From Klebsormidium nitens (taxonomy: Eukaryota; Plantae; Klebsormidiophyceae): a stretch of 64,000 bases of DNA. Shown piece after piece: positions 51,691-64,000 of this stretch. Location of the stretch: NCBI GenBank assembly GCA_000708835.1, contig DF237297.1:16791-80790 (forward strand), read 5' to 3'. The stretch's first letter is position 1, and each line of letters begins with the position of its first letter. The position numbers and the translations under genes were made by a program. The notes under the pieces are model-generated. The model was not told the origin of the DNA, made no database searches, and worked only from the letters and a program-made list of their open reading frames with translations.

Positions 51691-52128
51691 AGGAACTTGT
51701 AGAGTGTACTCTGTAGGGGAAAGGCAGCTAGTGTCCGAAGGTGTTGAGCAGCGGGCCCCTGGCTTGGCATCTGGTGCAAGATCCAGGGAACAAGGCAGGA
51801 AAAGGACACGGGCGAATGCAAGCGAGAGTAGTGGGGCTCGCAGCGGGCCAGAGGATGAGGTGGGGCCTTCAGAAACTGCACACTCAATGCAAGGCTGGTA
51901 GCTGGTGCGATCTACAGGTGGTGGTCGTAGTTGCAAGATCTGCGCGGATAGCCAGCAGGGATACTTCGAGACAGGGTGTTAGCAGGAATTAGCGATGACC
52001 TTTGTTCTGGTCTCCAACGCCCATATCACTCTTCCTGGCCAGGTTCTCTTCAAGATATTTTGCGCGCGCACAAGAACCTTCTTGACAACGTGATGTTCAG
52101 AAAGTGGAGATAACTGTTAGAGTCAGGG

Positions 52129-55077
52129 ATGAAGCACAGCTACCTGGACAGATTGCCGACAATAGTTTCTCTCCTCTTGCAGGTGACACTGGGCGACAGA
52201 TTGAATGCCATCTCCCATAGAAAGCCGCTCCCCGGTGTCAATGGCACGGCTGCCCAATCACGGGGCTTCAGCGCTGCAGCTGCGGCCGCGGAGTCAAATG
52301 ACCCTTCCCTCCCACAATCGCGTTTCCGAAGCCGCGCTCTCCCGGAACCATCACACGCCCCCCCCGTTGTCAAGGTGTCCAACCGCCACGATGTCGTTGG
52401 TGTTCTAGGGGGCATCAGCCCCCGCGCGACGGCAGACTTCATGCGGCAGGTCATCCAGGCGACCCCCGCCAACTCCAACAAGGACCACATTCCGCTCGTT
52501 GTGTCGAGCATCCCCCAGATCCCGTCCCTGTCTGCGCCCATTCTGAACCGGCCTGCCGGGCCAGCGCTAGATCAGGCGGTCGTGTCCCCCCTGCCAGCCA
52601 TGCTCGAGACTCGCAGGTTTCTGGAGCAGTCTGGTGCTCGCTGCATCGTCATGCCCTCCAACATGGCGCACTTCTGGTGTAAGTACTCATCGCCTCATTA
52701 TCGCCTGCCGTTGGGCACCGGATATGGGACAGAGACTAAGCGGTTACATGTATCATTGGTGCTTTCCCCTTGCTTTATCAGGTCAGAGCTATACCGTAAA
52801 TTAGACGTTAGTGGCAAACAGGGATGGATATGGACGTCTGAGAAAGAAGTTCAGTTGTAGCATTGAAGTCTACAGCCTGATTGCCTTGTTGGGAGCGAGT
52901 CCTTTGTTGCTCTTGGCTGTACTGCCAAAGAATCACTGGTCGCCTGGTTCTAATGTATACCGTCCCTCTCCTGGTCCAGACGACCAGCTGGCGCTGGACT
53001 GCAGCGTGCCATTCCTGCACATTGCGGATGCGGTGGTTGAGGAGTTGGACCTGGTGAGAGCGCAACGTAACATGCACTCTGCCAGATCTGAGGCTTGTTT
53101 GGAAGCAATCAGGTCCTTGCAGTGTCAGATTCCTGGAGAGCAACGACTCAATCGGTCTTTCTTCGGGGACGTGAGATTGTCAGATTCTCGGGTTTGTCAG
53201 TTAAGGCTCATTCGTACTCTTCTGCAATCTCTTCCCTCATGCTAACAAAACTCCGAGAGCCTCATGTACACACCAAGGTGCTTCAGATTGCTTGTGAGAC
53301 ACCGACCTCGTCTGGCTTCCCGAGTCTGATTTCGTTCCTGGACGCGCAGGCGAAGCTGGAGCCGCTGGAGGCGGGGAGTCGGCCCAAGGTGGGGCTGCTG
53401 GCCAGCGAGGCCACGCTGAAAGCCAGCATCTACCAGCAGAAACTGGAGGCCAGGGTGAGCAACCGCGCGTGGGTGCTCAGCTTCACAATCAGCAAACGTG
53501 TGTAGCACGGCGGTGCTGGTGCAACAAGTTCTGACGCAATGCCACCCGTTGGTGGAAAGTCTCCCAGCCTGGAGCGCGGGAGTTTTCGTACTCAAAGGTC
53601 TCAAGATGAGGGAGCATGAGGGTTGCTGATATCCAGCAGGGCCGTTCCTCTTGCCGTATCGCAATAACTTCTGATTGCGAGATTCGCTCTACTTAATCAC
53701 ACAACAACCCCGGTATACCTCTTTTCTCCTCTCAACCACTTTCCATCAAAGGGCGTTGCCGCTCAAGCCTCGATTACGTGGCAATGACGTATCGGGGAAT
53801 GGCCGAGTTTTGTCGACGTCCGATCTTAAGCCCTCCGACGCTGTTTCACATATTAATGCAGAAGCTTGTATGACCAACAGGGCAGCCCCGCACCCAGCCA
53901 ACTTACCCCGCCCGTTTCCAGGCTCGTGGGACCTCAATTGACCTAAAGGAATGGCGTCTTGCCAACATCCTTCGAAGCTGAAGTGGCTGAATTGTCTTTC
54001 GTCATCGTGGTTGCACCCTTGCTGTCCGACACGGCCCTTCTAGCACTGCGCCGCACGTGAGACCCGGAAAAGGAAATCATGAACCAGGTGCTTGCCCCTT
54101 CTCTCGAGCAGCTGTGTCTTTCTGCTGCGCAGGGGTACACGGTGGTGCTGCCTGACCGCGACACCATGGCCCACGCGGTGCTCCCCGGGATGGAGGCTCT
54201 CGAGCGGGGCGACAACGAGGGCGCCAAGAACCTGCTCGGAATCGGCGTCCAGGTACGTGCGCCCGCAACAGCATCTCTGCTCGCCGGGGCTCGTCAGAGT
54301 ATGGGCCGTCTGCTGAAGGCTGTGTTTGGGGGGCGGATTGCTTTTCGTGGGATCGTTTGTTGTTTGTCACAAAGAGGAGAATGACCAAAAGACGATGCTT
54401 TTGGAGGAGCGGCGAAACAAAGCCTTTTAAGAGACGAACATTGGGACGGCTTCTTCGTGCGTATGGCGATTCTAAGGGGGAACGTCTTGCCGAACCTGTT
54501 AAGCAAGGACCCACACTTTCTTAGGATTCTGGTGGGGCTCAAGCGAGCTCGACGTGAATCTCGTTGTCTTTTGGTTTGGGACGACTTCAGAAAGGGCTTT
54601 TGGCGTGTTTTCACATTTTGCAATTGAGAGATTGGAAATTCTTGCGCTTTGGCCGCGACTCCAACGGTTGCCATGATATCGTTGTGGGACGATTCAATAG
54701 CGCCAGCTCCAAAAGCGGCTTTGTCATCAGTTTATGAAGACAACTCCGAACTCCCGTGGAGGGGCACCCACCACTACTACTACCCAAAATTACTTTCAAA
54801 GCGATGCTTGTTCAGCAGCACCGTTCATTCGCGTAAGTCATGCTGTCAAGCAGAGTGTGGTGCATTGTCATCATTCCTCAGCTCTGGCTTTCCTGTGTGC
54901 CAGATGCTGCTGGTGAACGCGGTGAACGTGGTGATCCTGGCCTTCAGCGAGGCCAGCTCCGTGTTCCCGCCGTCGGACCCCATCCTGAAGCGGTGCCTCA
55001 GCCCCACCGCAGCCCTGGCCAGGGCGACCGTGCGCTGGGTCCTTAAGACCAGGGCGGACGCCACTCCGGGCGTGTGA
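52129..55077 (+). CDS. Aspartate/glutamate racemase-family protein (At1g15410-like), lacking both canonical catalytic cysteines
   Basis: VVGVLGGISPRATADF…HIPLVV…GARCIVMPSNMAHFW | YDQLALDCSVPFLHI | KVGLLASEATLKASIYQQKL | GYTVVLPDRDTMAHAVLPG | VNVVILAFSE…DPILKRCLSPTAALARATVRW. The start codon is uncertain. Confidence 0.88.
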
Positions 55078-55199
55078 ATAGTCAAATAGGTCCTGGTCCG
55101 AATACATGTTCTGAATCTTGAGGCTGTTGTGTTGAGCTTCACGCAGGTTGCTCATCGGTTCCATTTGTCATTAAGTAGTAAAGACAGATTCAACCTTAG

Positions 55200-56100
55200 A
55201 CCGATGGTAGCATAATCGTGTACAGATTGCAAATGATTTGATCAGACCGGGTCTGAATTGATGGAAGCATAATGGTCGATCGATCGGTGTCCAGGCAAAA
55301 GCGAGGGATAGCTAGATAGTCGAATAGTACGTTAGAGCGGATTTGAAGTGATATTAACATTTTCTCCGGGCACGCACATTGGCATGCCCTCAGGTTAGCC
55401 AGCCAGGCACGAGCTGCTGCGTTCGGTACGTCTTCTTCGACCTACAAATCAGAAATGTCAAAAGTTTTAGTACTTCGATGTCTTGAATCTCGACAGCGGA
55501 TTGGATCAGTAGCGAGTCGTGTAGTGTTCGCTTTGCATGAAACATGTCACCCACTGTCACTGCATATACTGCGACATGGCAACCACGCGGTATCGAATGA
55601 TCGGATTGCGATTTTTATTCTTTCAATTCAGCCAATTAATTTGTTTAGCTCGAATTGCTAGCCGCGCATGCGGGATCCTGAATCAGCTGAGCCGTACAGC
55701 AGCCGCCGCGCATGGTACGTACGTACAGCTCGATGGACCGGCCGCCCTTTTAAACAAAGTTACTAACTGTACGCATAGCAGGCCATAGGCGTGCAGCTCG
55801 AGCGACTAGTCGATCGATCGAGCATATCACATGCATGCAATGATGACGGCCGCCGCGCGCCGCAATCATGAACGCGCGGTACATTCATGCAGTCTGGCAC
55901 TGTAAGTCTCATGCAGCGCAGCTGGCAGGCATGGTAACAATTGGGCATTTACACTGCAATATTCGCACATTGTGCGACATGGCACGCTTCTCAGTCAGGC
56001 TCCTGGCGTACCAATAGTTAAGCAATGGTGAACATGCGCACAGTCGGACCACGTAATTATAATCAGTCATTCAACCATGGATCCCTCCGCGGCTGCACTT
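55200..56100. repeat. Palindrome-dense island 6 (between racemase-like and C1orf109-like 3' ends)
   Basis: GTACGTACGTAC 55715-55726, CGACTAGTCG 55803-55812 and TCGATCGATCGA 55810-55821. A hand count gives 20 palindromic 4-mers in 55781-55860, against about 5 expected at 1/16. Confidence 0.85.
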
Positions 56101-57423
56101 TTGAGTACTCTGCTATGTGCAACATTTAATCAATCAATACTGAACTACGGTGATGTGCATTCTTTTAAAGATTTCTGTCCAAAAGTCAAATCAACCGGCT
56201 AGGACCAAACATTCTGTTGACAGTGGCCAGTGGGCCGTGTCGGCACTTTCAGAGGATTGAGCAGTTGACTACTTTGATGGGCTAGTCAACAAATCCGCAA
56301 GAAGCCGGCCTTCAGGACTCGGTGCAATAACAAGCGTCATGTGCACATACGGGCGGCCCTCGGAAAGCGCGCAACAGCCATGCATTCGTGCTCCACAACC
56401 GGCCTCCTGGCCGTCCGACTACAGGAAGAGTTGGTGGGTTGTAATTGCTCCAGTCCCTTGGCCGAAGCAAATTCAGAGATTGTCTGAGCTGGCAGTCAAC
56501 CCGTCGTATTCGCGCAGTGACTCGCTCCAGCCCAACACCGAGCTGCAAACAGTGCGGGACAAGGAGAATAAGTGTCTGCATAACCGGGGCGGTTTTGGAA
56601 AGGTAGTGACAGAAGGCTGAATCGAAGTTGAGTCAACCGTCGGAGGGTTTGAAGGAACTCTAACTGGCGGCTGGATTGCCACCCTCGACGGAACTTGCAC
56701 CAGGTCGTCTCTGAGGCATGACTATCTAAGACGCCATAAGATCCTACTTCTAGAAAGCATCAAGGGCCAAAAGCACCGCCGTGGCACCGGATCCCGCGAC
56801 ACTGACACCGATCCCGGTGCATTGAATGTTTCTCCTTGTCCCGGCTCAGACGGAAGTAGATAAGATCGTAATACGAGGTGATCCTGCTGATGCACCGAGT
56901 GGGGCCGTGTATGTATTTGCTCAACGCACCTTACCAGTGTGGACGGCCTGGGCATGCACGCGGGTCCGGAGCTGCTGCGCGAATCCGACGTGGCAGTCCG
57001 CCCATCGAGCGGCATGCACCAATGGCAAGCAGGCAACTGCGAGCACGCATGATATAAGAAAAATCTGTACATTGATCTTTGCTAGTACTATTCGATATGC
57101 GGCAAGGCACGGGTGCATGCGGTCGCTGCAGACGGCCTAGGGAACTCGACGAGGCCGCACGAGGAGGCTGCGCCTAAGGCGGTGACGACCTTACCTGTGC
57201 AATATCGGACTGAATTCAAATGATTGGGACCCACGAACAGAAGGAAGAAGGAGGAAGTTAATATCGGAAAGGATACGGAAAAAGATGGAGCGCAACAGGA
57301 GCAGACGTCGGCAAAGATTGCCAGCTCAGGTTACCTTGCTGTGGTGGCCAGTCCGATGGCACAGCATGGCCGTGCTTGGGCGGCGGAAGATCCCCCCCGC
57401 GCGAGGTCAGTGTCGCGCCTCCA

Positions 57424-59870
57424 CTACGAACGTCGCTCCCCAGTTGACGTCAGCCGACCTTTTTCGAGGATTTCGCTTACTGCAGTCACATAAGAGGAGC
57501 GGGAAATGAGAGCAAGTGACGCGTCCGAGGAAGCGGCACAGAAATCAAAGACGACTGCAACTGGGCGAAAGTGCCAAACAGGAGTAGAAGAGTGAGACCA
57601 CACAACATCAGCACAAGCATCGATGTTGCATCAGCAAAGCACATGAAGTTGCTTCGTTCGGATCAACGCGTAGCTCAGGCCATAAAAAGTTGTCCCAGGG
57701 TAGAAAGCTGATTACAGGATTATTATGACTCTATCACGACGAAACCTGGAGGTGACACTCCAGGGACAGACCGCAGCCACGTGGCAGCCGAACCCCAGCC
57801 AGCGGCGCCCTCGCTCTTCCCAAAATCGAGCTAGCATCGGGCGCTCAACATGGCAGCACGGCCTTACCCACCAGTCCGTCCAGAAAGTGAGCAATAAGAC
57901 ACAGCCGCAACACATGTCAACGAAATCCATACGATTTGCAAACACGGCGTCCCATGCAGGACTTGTTGAAGGGAGGCGATAGCGTGCGGGAGCGCAGCTG
58001 CTCACTTGTGGCGTGCTGCACGCTGGGCTGGTCGCCCAGAAGGGCCGCAGTGGCGGCCAGCTCGCCGGGGGCAGCGCCGTAAGAGAAGCGCGGGACCGCA
58101 GCCTCGATCAAGCGATACCTGTACAGACCAAGGAAGAAAAGCGTTTGACGTCCTTGAGGCTTGGAGGGGGAGAGAAGTTAACGGCCAGTGTCAAACTCAC
58201 GAAGCCCGCTGTGAATTCATTGCAGAGATGTGCCAAATGCACAGAGCGGCACCATTCAATTCCAGGAGGTAGCCGGAGGGTCACTCAAAACAGGAGAGAC
58301 AGGATGCGAAAACTCCACAACCAGGTTCGTTTAGCGTGGCAAACAAACTTTGTGCAGGTTCATTGGCGTCTCCCGACGGTAGCTTGCTAATCGCGTAAGT
58401 CTGAAGGAGCGCGGCTTAACCACAACAGGCAAAACAAGTAGAAAACGTCGCTGTACGGCGATCTTCACAAAGGAGCACAAGACGAGGCTACGGAGACAGA
58501 CTCCCCGACTGGGCTGAAGGGGCCTAGATTGGAAAAATGCACACAAAGGAGGCTGACAAGACAAGTGATGGGACCATTGAAAGCCTTCGTACTTATCTAC
58601 AAGTTGCAAATCCACATTCTACAACAAGCTGATGAGCGCAACAGGGCTGTTTGTAAGAGACAAGAGGGCCGATGCCAATGCTTGGCAGGTCAATGGACGC
58701 CATCAGCCAACCTGAAAGACTATCATCGACACTGTCATGATCTTCCGGCTGTACTCACTCGTCCTCGTACATTTGGGCCACCTGGCGCAGCCCATCAATG
58801 CAGCTTTGCAGCGACGCCTCGCAGCCGCTGTGGCCCACCAGCTGCTGCACTGTCAGCTGAGGCCGCTGGGACGCCACCTGGCGCTGCGCGTCGCGGGCGC
58901 AGCGGGACAGGCCCTGCGCACATGCGCGGAGGGAGGCCCTGCGGGGAGCAGAGGAGCCGGTCAGGCAACAGTAAGGTGATGCATGGCTGGCAGGGGGCTT
59001 GCAGCTAAGTGACGCACACATGGTAGACACTGGTGGCAATGAGAGAATTGTCGATTCTGGAGGAACACACTGGTTCTAATTCCATTATCTGTGCCTTCTT
59101 CAAGGTCTCTCTACACCGCAACGATTAGAATGGATCTTGTCGCAGGGGCGACCACTGTGGCACCTCCCCATTGTTGCCAGGCTCGTAAGGAAGAGTCCAA
59201 GTGGTGACCCTGAAGAGACAGAGCAGCGCAGAGCCCCTGCTCGGGCGGCAATGTGCCCCTGGCAATGAGACAGCATGCCGCAAGGGCACCAAGTGCACGT
59301 CAATGATGGGATCGAATTGCACAACTGTGGAGAGGCAGCCCACATTGCATCGTGACACTTGCTGAGAAGGCCCTCGAGTGCCCCCACTTGCTGTGCCTGC
59401 AGCCGCTCAGTGTATCCCTCCACCTCCGCCAAGACGCCATAGCTGGCACGGTTGGCCAGAACCTGCAACAATAGCTATTTCTTTACTTTAGGAGCCTGCC
59501 TTCAACCAGGCTTCCTCTTACTGGTATGGGCTTTCCGCCGGAGAGCAAGGCTGGCCGGTCGCACCAATGTAATACTTAACACAGCGCACAACTTTGGCCC
59601 CAATGCCGGCACTTAGGAGGAGGCTGAAAAGAGGCAGGGCAATCTCGAAGGTGACGGAATGCACCGCCGAGTCAGCTGGACAGCTCGAAGTAACAGTTGG
59701 TGACATCGCACATGAGAAGCTCAAGCATCGGTGCTCACCGGCAGCCTGCCCAGGATTGCCTGCGCGTTGCCCAGAAGTGCCAGCAGGCGGACGTGCTGCT
59801 GCTGCCACTGTTCCGTGTACTCCTCAGCGCAGGTGTGCAGGCCAGCCACCTTCTGCCGCAGCCGCTCCAT
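57424..59870 (-). CDS. At5g43822/C1orf109 (AIRIM, CK2S-domain)-like coiled-coil protein
   Basis: Exons MERLRQKVAG…QWQQQHVRLLALLGNAQAILGRLP | VLANRASYGVLAEVEG…QQVGALEGLL | …LTVQQLVGHSGCEASLQSCIDGLRQVAQMYEDE | …ELAATAALLGDQPSVQHAT parallel the plant family. The last exon (…ISEILEKGRLTSTGERRS*, stop at 57424) is a best guess. Confidence 0.75.
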
Positions 59871-60386
59871 CACGCCACCGAGGACCCTGCACTGGCAGCA
59901 TTTTCTTTCTTTCATATGCAAGAAAAAGACTTGGCATATGCGCAATTTGCCTCGCAAATGAAGGGACGGGGCAGGTAAATCTTGGGTGGTAAGAACAGGC
60001 TCAGGTTTTCACACCTCGCCCCGCCCAGCTTTCAGAATACGGCCTTTTCAGATGTCCCTTATGTTGCTACGACAGCCGCTTTCTTCCTTCAAAGCAAAGC
60101 AGGTGTTAAAAGAAGAGGGCTGTCGTCCCTTTTCACACTTTTTAAAAGTGGCCCTGACCCAAGCGCTGCACTACGTGAAGAAGACGCGTCTGCATGCAGC
60201 ATCGCAGCACACCATGTGCTCAGCACGGAAACTCGGGAGGATCACTAGTTGCAGGGGCGCATCGGCCTTCCCTGATGGTGTTGCCTGGTGCTGTGGTGGT
60301 GCTTTCATCGGCACAGCTTGAAGTGCCTGTTTTTCTTCCGCTGATTGCGCGACAGCTGGCGTGCCTTCTGAGCAACCTGTTCAGAG

Positions 60387-63300
60387 ATGAAGATTGTGAG
60401 CTTCAACGTGAACGGGCTACGGCCCCGCGCCAAGGAGTTTGGCGGCCTCAAGCAGCTGCTGGACGCCCTCGATGCTGACATCATCTGTCTGCAGGTGGGG
60501 GTTGCATGTCGAACTTTGTCCTCTTGATAATTTTGGTGCGAGATTGACAGGACTTTGTTTGAATCAACGTCCAGACAGTTTCATGCTTTGCAGTTTGCTT
60601 TCCATGTTGACGGGGGACAATATGTCAGGCAGTTCTATGTGAGGGCTAAGCAATCAGGAGGGCAGTTACAGCATTGCGTCTTTGTCAAGCTTCTGTGAAT
60701 ACCTGGCACTCCGTCAGAGTGGGGAAGAGACGGGGCTACTTGTTTTGCCCTTTTGTACTTCAATTTCATGTTCGTTTCAATTCACCTCACAGCCAGCTTT
60801 GTGAGAAAGAGGTGCCTTTGATCTGCCCCCTCTTTTCGTAAAAATGCTTTCAGCTCCTGCCGCTCTTCCCCTCCCCCAGGAGACCAAGCTGGCCCGCACT
60901 GACCTGTCTGCGGACGTTGCCGTCGCCGACGGCTACGAGTCTTTCTTTGCGTTCCCCCGGGGCAAGCACGCGCGCGGCGGCTGGTCCGGCGTGGCCACCT
61001 TCTGCCGCACCGGGGGTGGCACTTCGGGGACAAGCGCAGTGCTGCCCACTGCCGCGGAGGAGGGCTTTACGGGCGTGCAGCACCTGCGGGCCGGGGGGGC
61101 GCTGGCAGAGGGAGTTGTGGGGCAGTATGAGGCCGTGTGGGCGGGCGAGACGGGGAGCCGGGCGCGGCTGGAGGAGCTGGACCAGGAGGGCAGGACGGTT
61201 GTAACCGACCATGGCGCCTTCGGTGAGAAGGGGAACAAAGAGGTTGAGCGGAGGAAAGGCTTGGAGATCTGAAGATATTGACGGTTTCGCGGCTGGAACA
61301 GGGTCTGTACAGCACTGCCACTTTGTAAATCGGAGACAAAACATAGGCTTCGAAGCATGGACACATGTTTTGTAGATGTTGGCCAGAGAACTGAATGGCA
61401 CCAGCGCCAGTTTGCTTGGCTTGTGAGCATCGCGGTGACGATTTCCCTGAGTCACAATGCTTCGGAGCTGACGATAGCCCCCATCATGCATGCGCAGTGC
61501 TGTTCAACATCTACGGGCCGTGTGTTCAGCCGGGGGACGATGAGCGCATCGCCTTCAAGCTCGACTTTTACCGCACGTTGCAGGTCAGCCCCCACTCCAG
61601 CCCAAGCTCCTGTGGCCAACCCAGACCCTTCGACAGACATTTCGGCAGTTGTTCGTAGATTTACTCCGTCTTTTGTGATACTGGCGCGGATGTGCAGGTT
61701 AGCCTTATGATCTGGATACTTTGGTTTTCCGCAGTTTTTCTCATGTCTACCCTGTAGGGGAGTCTGAACTACTCTTCCAGGGCTTGCCGTCTCTGTTGCA
61801 GAGCCACATGCTCGGGCCATGTGAATTCTTCTGCTCAAAAGGGCTAGTGCGTATAGAGCGCACTACTCGCGTCCTGATCACTGCTCTTTTGTCAAGGGGG
61901 TCCCTGCTTCTGGGTGCTGACACGGTGAGTCTTTGCTCCCTTTCCAGCGTCGATGGGAGAGTTTGTTGGCGGCGGGCCGGCGCCTGGTGGTGGTGGGCGA
62001 CCTCAACATCGCCCCCGCCGCCGTCGACAGCGTGCACGCCGGGCCGGACGTCAACGCCAGCCCGTGACTCATTCGTGCCGCCTTGCTCCGAATTTCTCAA
62101 TGGGCCGACTAGGCGCAGCAACAACTTGTCTCTCAAGAGGGCCAAGAATTCAGCGGATCTGATTCGGTTTACACAACATGGTTATGACAAGGTTCCTCAC
62201 CACTGCCTAGGGGCCTTCAGACCAGCCAATGGAGGGGCACAAGGAGCCTGTTTGTTGAGCCCCCAGTATATCAAGACGTGTTCTGGTCTACTATTCGGAT
62301 AAACGCCAGGCCACCTGCATTGAATCTGTCTTGTGCTGCACGAACCGAACCAGGTCCAGCTTCATCGTGCATAGTGTGACAAGTCGATTCCGCCTTTTGG
62401 TGAAATCGAGCCGTTTCATGCCTCCTTGGTGCGGCTGTGCAGTCTGACCAGCCAGTACTGCTCCACTTTGGGTGTCAAAGTCAATACTTCGAAACGGGCG
62501 ACCGGCCAACCATCCCGTAACGCACCTTCCCTTGTACAGGAGCCGTGTGTGGTTGCAGTCCATGCTGCGCGCTAACGGCGGCCCCTTCACGGACACCTTC
62601 CGCACAGTGCACCCCGACCGGCGGGACGCCTACACGTGCTTCTCCACTGCCAGCGGTGCCGCGGCCTTCAACTACGGCTCGCGCATTGACCTCATACTCG
62701 TGGCGGGGCTCTGCCAGCACGCCGCCCAGCGCCGGCCGGCACAAGGGCAAGGGGGCAAGCAGGCGGTAGATTGGGGTGGTCACGGGACTGGGGAAGTGGG
62801 GATTGCAGAGGCAGATGAGTATAGAAGGGACTGCGTAGGCTCTACAAGCGGACAGAGGGAGGCGTTTGAAGGGGCGTTGCAGCACATGGTTGATACCGAC
62901 GCCTCACTTGCAGGGTCGTTTGATGTTCGCGAGGGATCGCGAGGAGTTGCGGGGGCGGGTGGCCTGTCGGGATCGCTGCAAGCCCACTTGTTTGAGGAGT
63001 TCCGGGAAGCGGTGCGCCGACACAGTACTGGGGCAAACGAGGCAGCGGCAGCTGACGGACTAGCGCGGTTTCGGGCTGACACAGCGGGATGCAGCCCCCA
63101 GTCGACAGTCCAATGTACAGAAGAGGTTAACGAGACGCAGAAGGAACAGCGGCAGACAGAGGGGTCTGTTCGGGTTGCCGGCCAGGGGCAGGACAGCCTG
63201 AAAGACGACCTACCGGCTGCTAGCGTCGATAAACCCGTCGGGCGGCCCGAAGTGGCATGCTGGCCGTGTTCCGCAAAAGACGGTGCGCACGGGCTGGCCG

Positions 63301-64000
63301 AGTGCGAGGTGGTGGGCGCGGACATCTGCAGCGTGTTCCCCGGCTCGTCGGACCACCGCCCCGTCTTCGTATGCCTGCGGCCGCAGCCGGAGGGGCCATC
63401 GCACCGCGTGCCGCCGCTTTCGACGCGCTTCATGCCCGAGCTGCGGGGCAAGCAGACGCGCATCCGTGAGCGCCGCAGTGCATGATCGCCCTCGTATCGT
63501 TTCAGCCGTGTTTCGCGTGACCCTGTGCTATGGTTTGCAGTGAGGCACCGCGCCGATGAGTTGTCGAGCTTGACAACGTCAAAGCGGTCGTCGCATCCAC
63601 CACCTTTGGCAGCTCTCTTCTCTTGAGCCTCTTCCTTCTGGACCTTGAGACGGCCACTTGCTGGGACGGGCTGAACAAAGGCGTGGATGCTGCGAAGTCC
63701 ACAGCTACGGAGTTCAGTCTCTGGCGGCCCTTGCCTCTCAGCCGGTTTCCGCTGCCGGATCCGGTCGTCATCCGGCTTTTATCCGATGTATTCCGTTGTT
63801 TCCCGGGTTTCGATCGTGCTTCATCAGGTCTGTAATCCGGGATAATCCAATGTCAATCCCGCATAAGATTCGCCGTACACCTGGATTCATGCGCCGTGTG
63901 TCCGTTTCGCAGTGGGTTACCTCGGCAGCCGTCCCACAGTGGGGCCCGCTGCCGCCGTTGTGGCGGCCCCACTGCCCCCCGCTCCCGGCGATGCCAGCAC
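60387..64000 (+). CDS. APE2: AP endonuclease 2 (APE2/Apn2, ExoIII family); 3' end runs off the window
   Basis: [18 protein letters not shown]|[60 protein letters not shown]…YTCF…[16 protein letters not shown], and [18 protein letters not shown] (PIP-like start). Confidence 0.93.

Noticed and set aside
56100-57400. Short ORFs between island 6 and the C1orf109-like 3' end
   Set aside because: No recognisable motif or consistent exon chain; probably UTR or intergenic.

Overview
Eukaryotic nuclear DNA: compact and intron-rich (GT-AG), with GC-rich exons and a streptophyte-type gene set. My inference is a charophyte alga such as Klebsormidium. I reconstructed 13 protein genes by hand: rhodanese/STR16-like (-, partial), a degenerate IPMDH/LeuB-like gene (+), TOM40 (-), an unnamed plastid membrane protein (+), TEN1 (-), a very large IDM1-like Tify-binding/PHD/GNAT chromatin protein (+), F-box/LRR (-), ubiquitin-RUB/NEDD8 fusion (-), RNASEH2C (+), EMC8/9 (-), a degenerate Asp/Glu-racemase-like gene (+), a C1orf109/At5g43822-like gene (-) and APE2 (+, partial). 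Two non-autonomous TIR elements are present, one with a TTA TSD and one with a 6-bp TSD. The most striking unexplained pattern is that gene orientation alternates almost perfectly, and every tail-to-tail intergenic interval holds a 0.3-0.9 kb island dense in short perfect palindromes of many sequences; the head-to-head intervals do not appear to by eye. Other points: two metabolic enzyme homologues have lost catalytic residues, and several introns carry decayed duplicates of the adjacent splice junction, one of which looks like a poison micro-exon. All homology calls come from recalled family motifs; no database searches were run.
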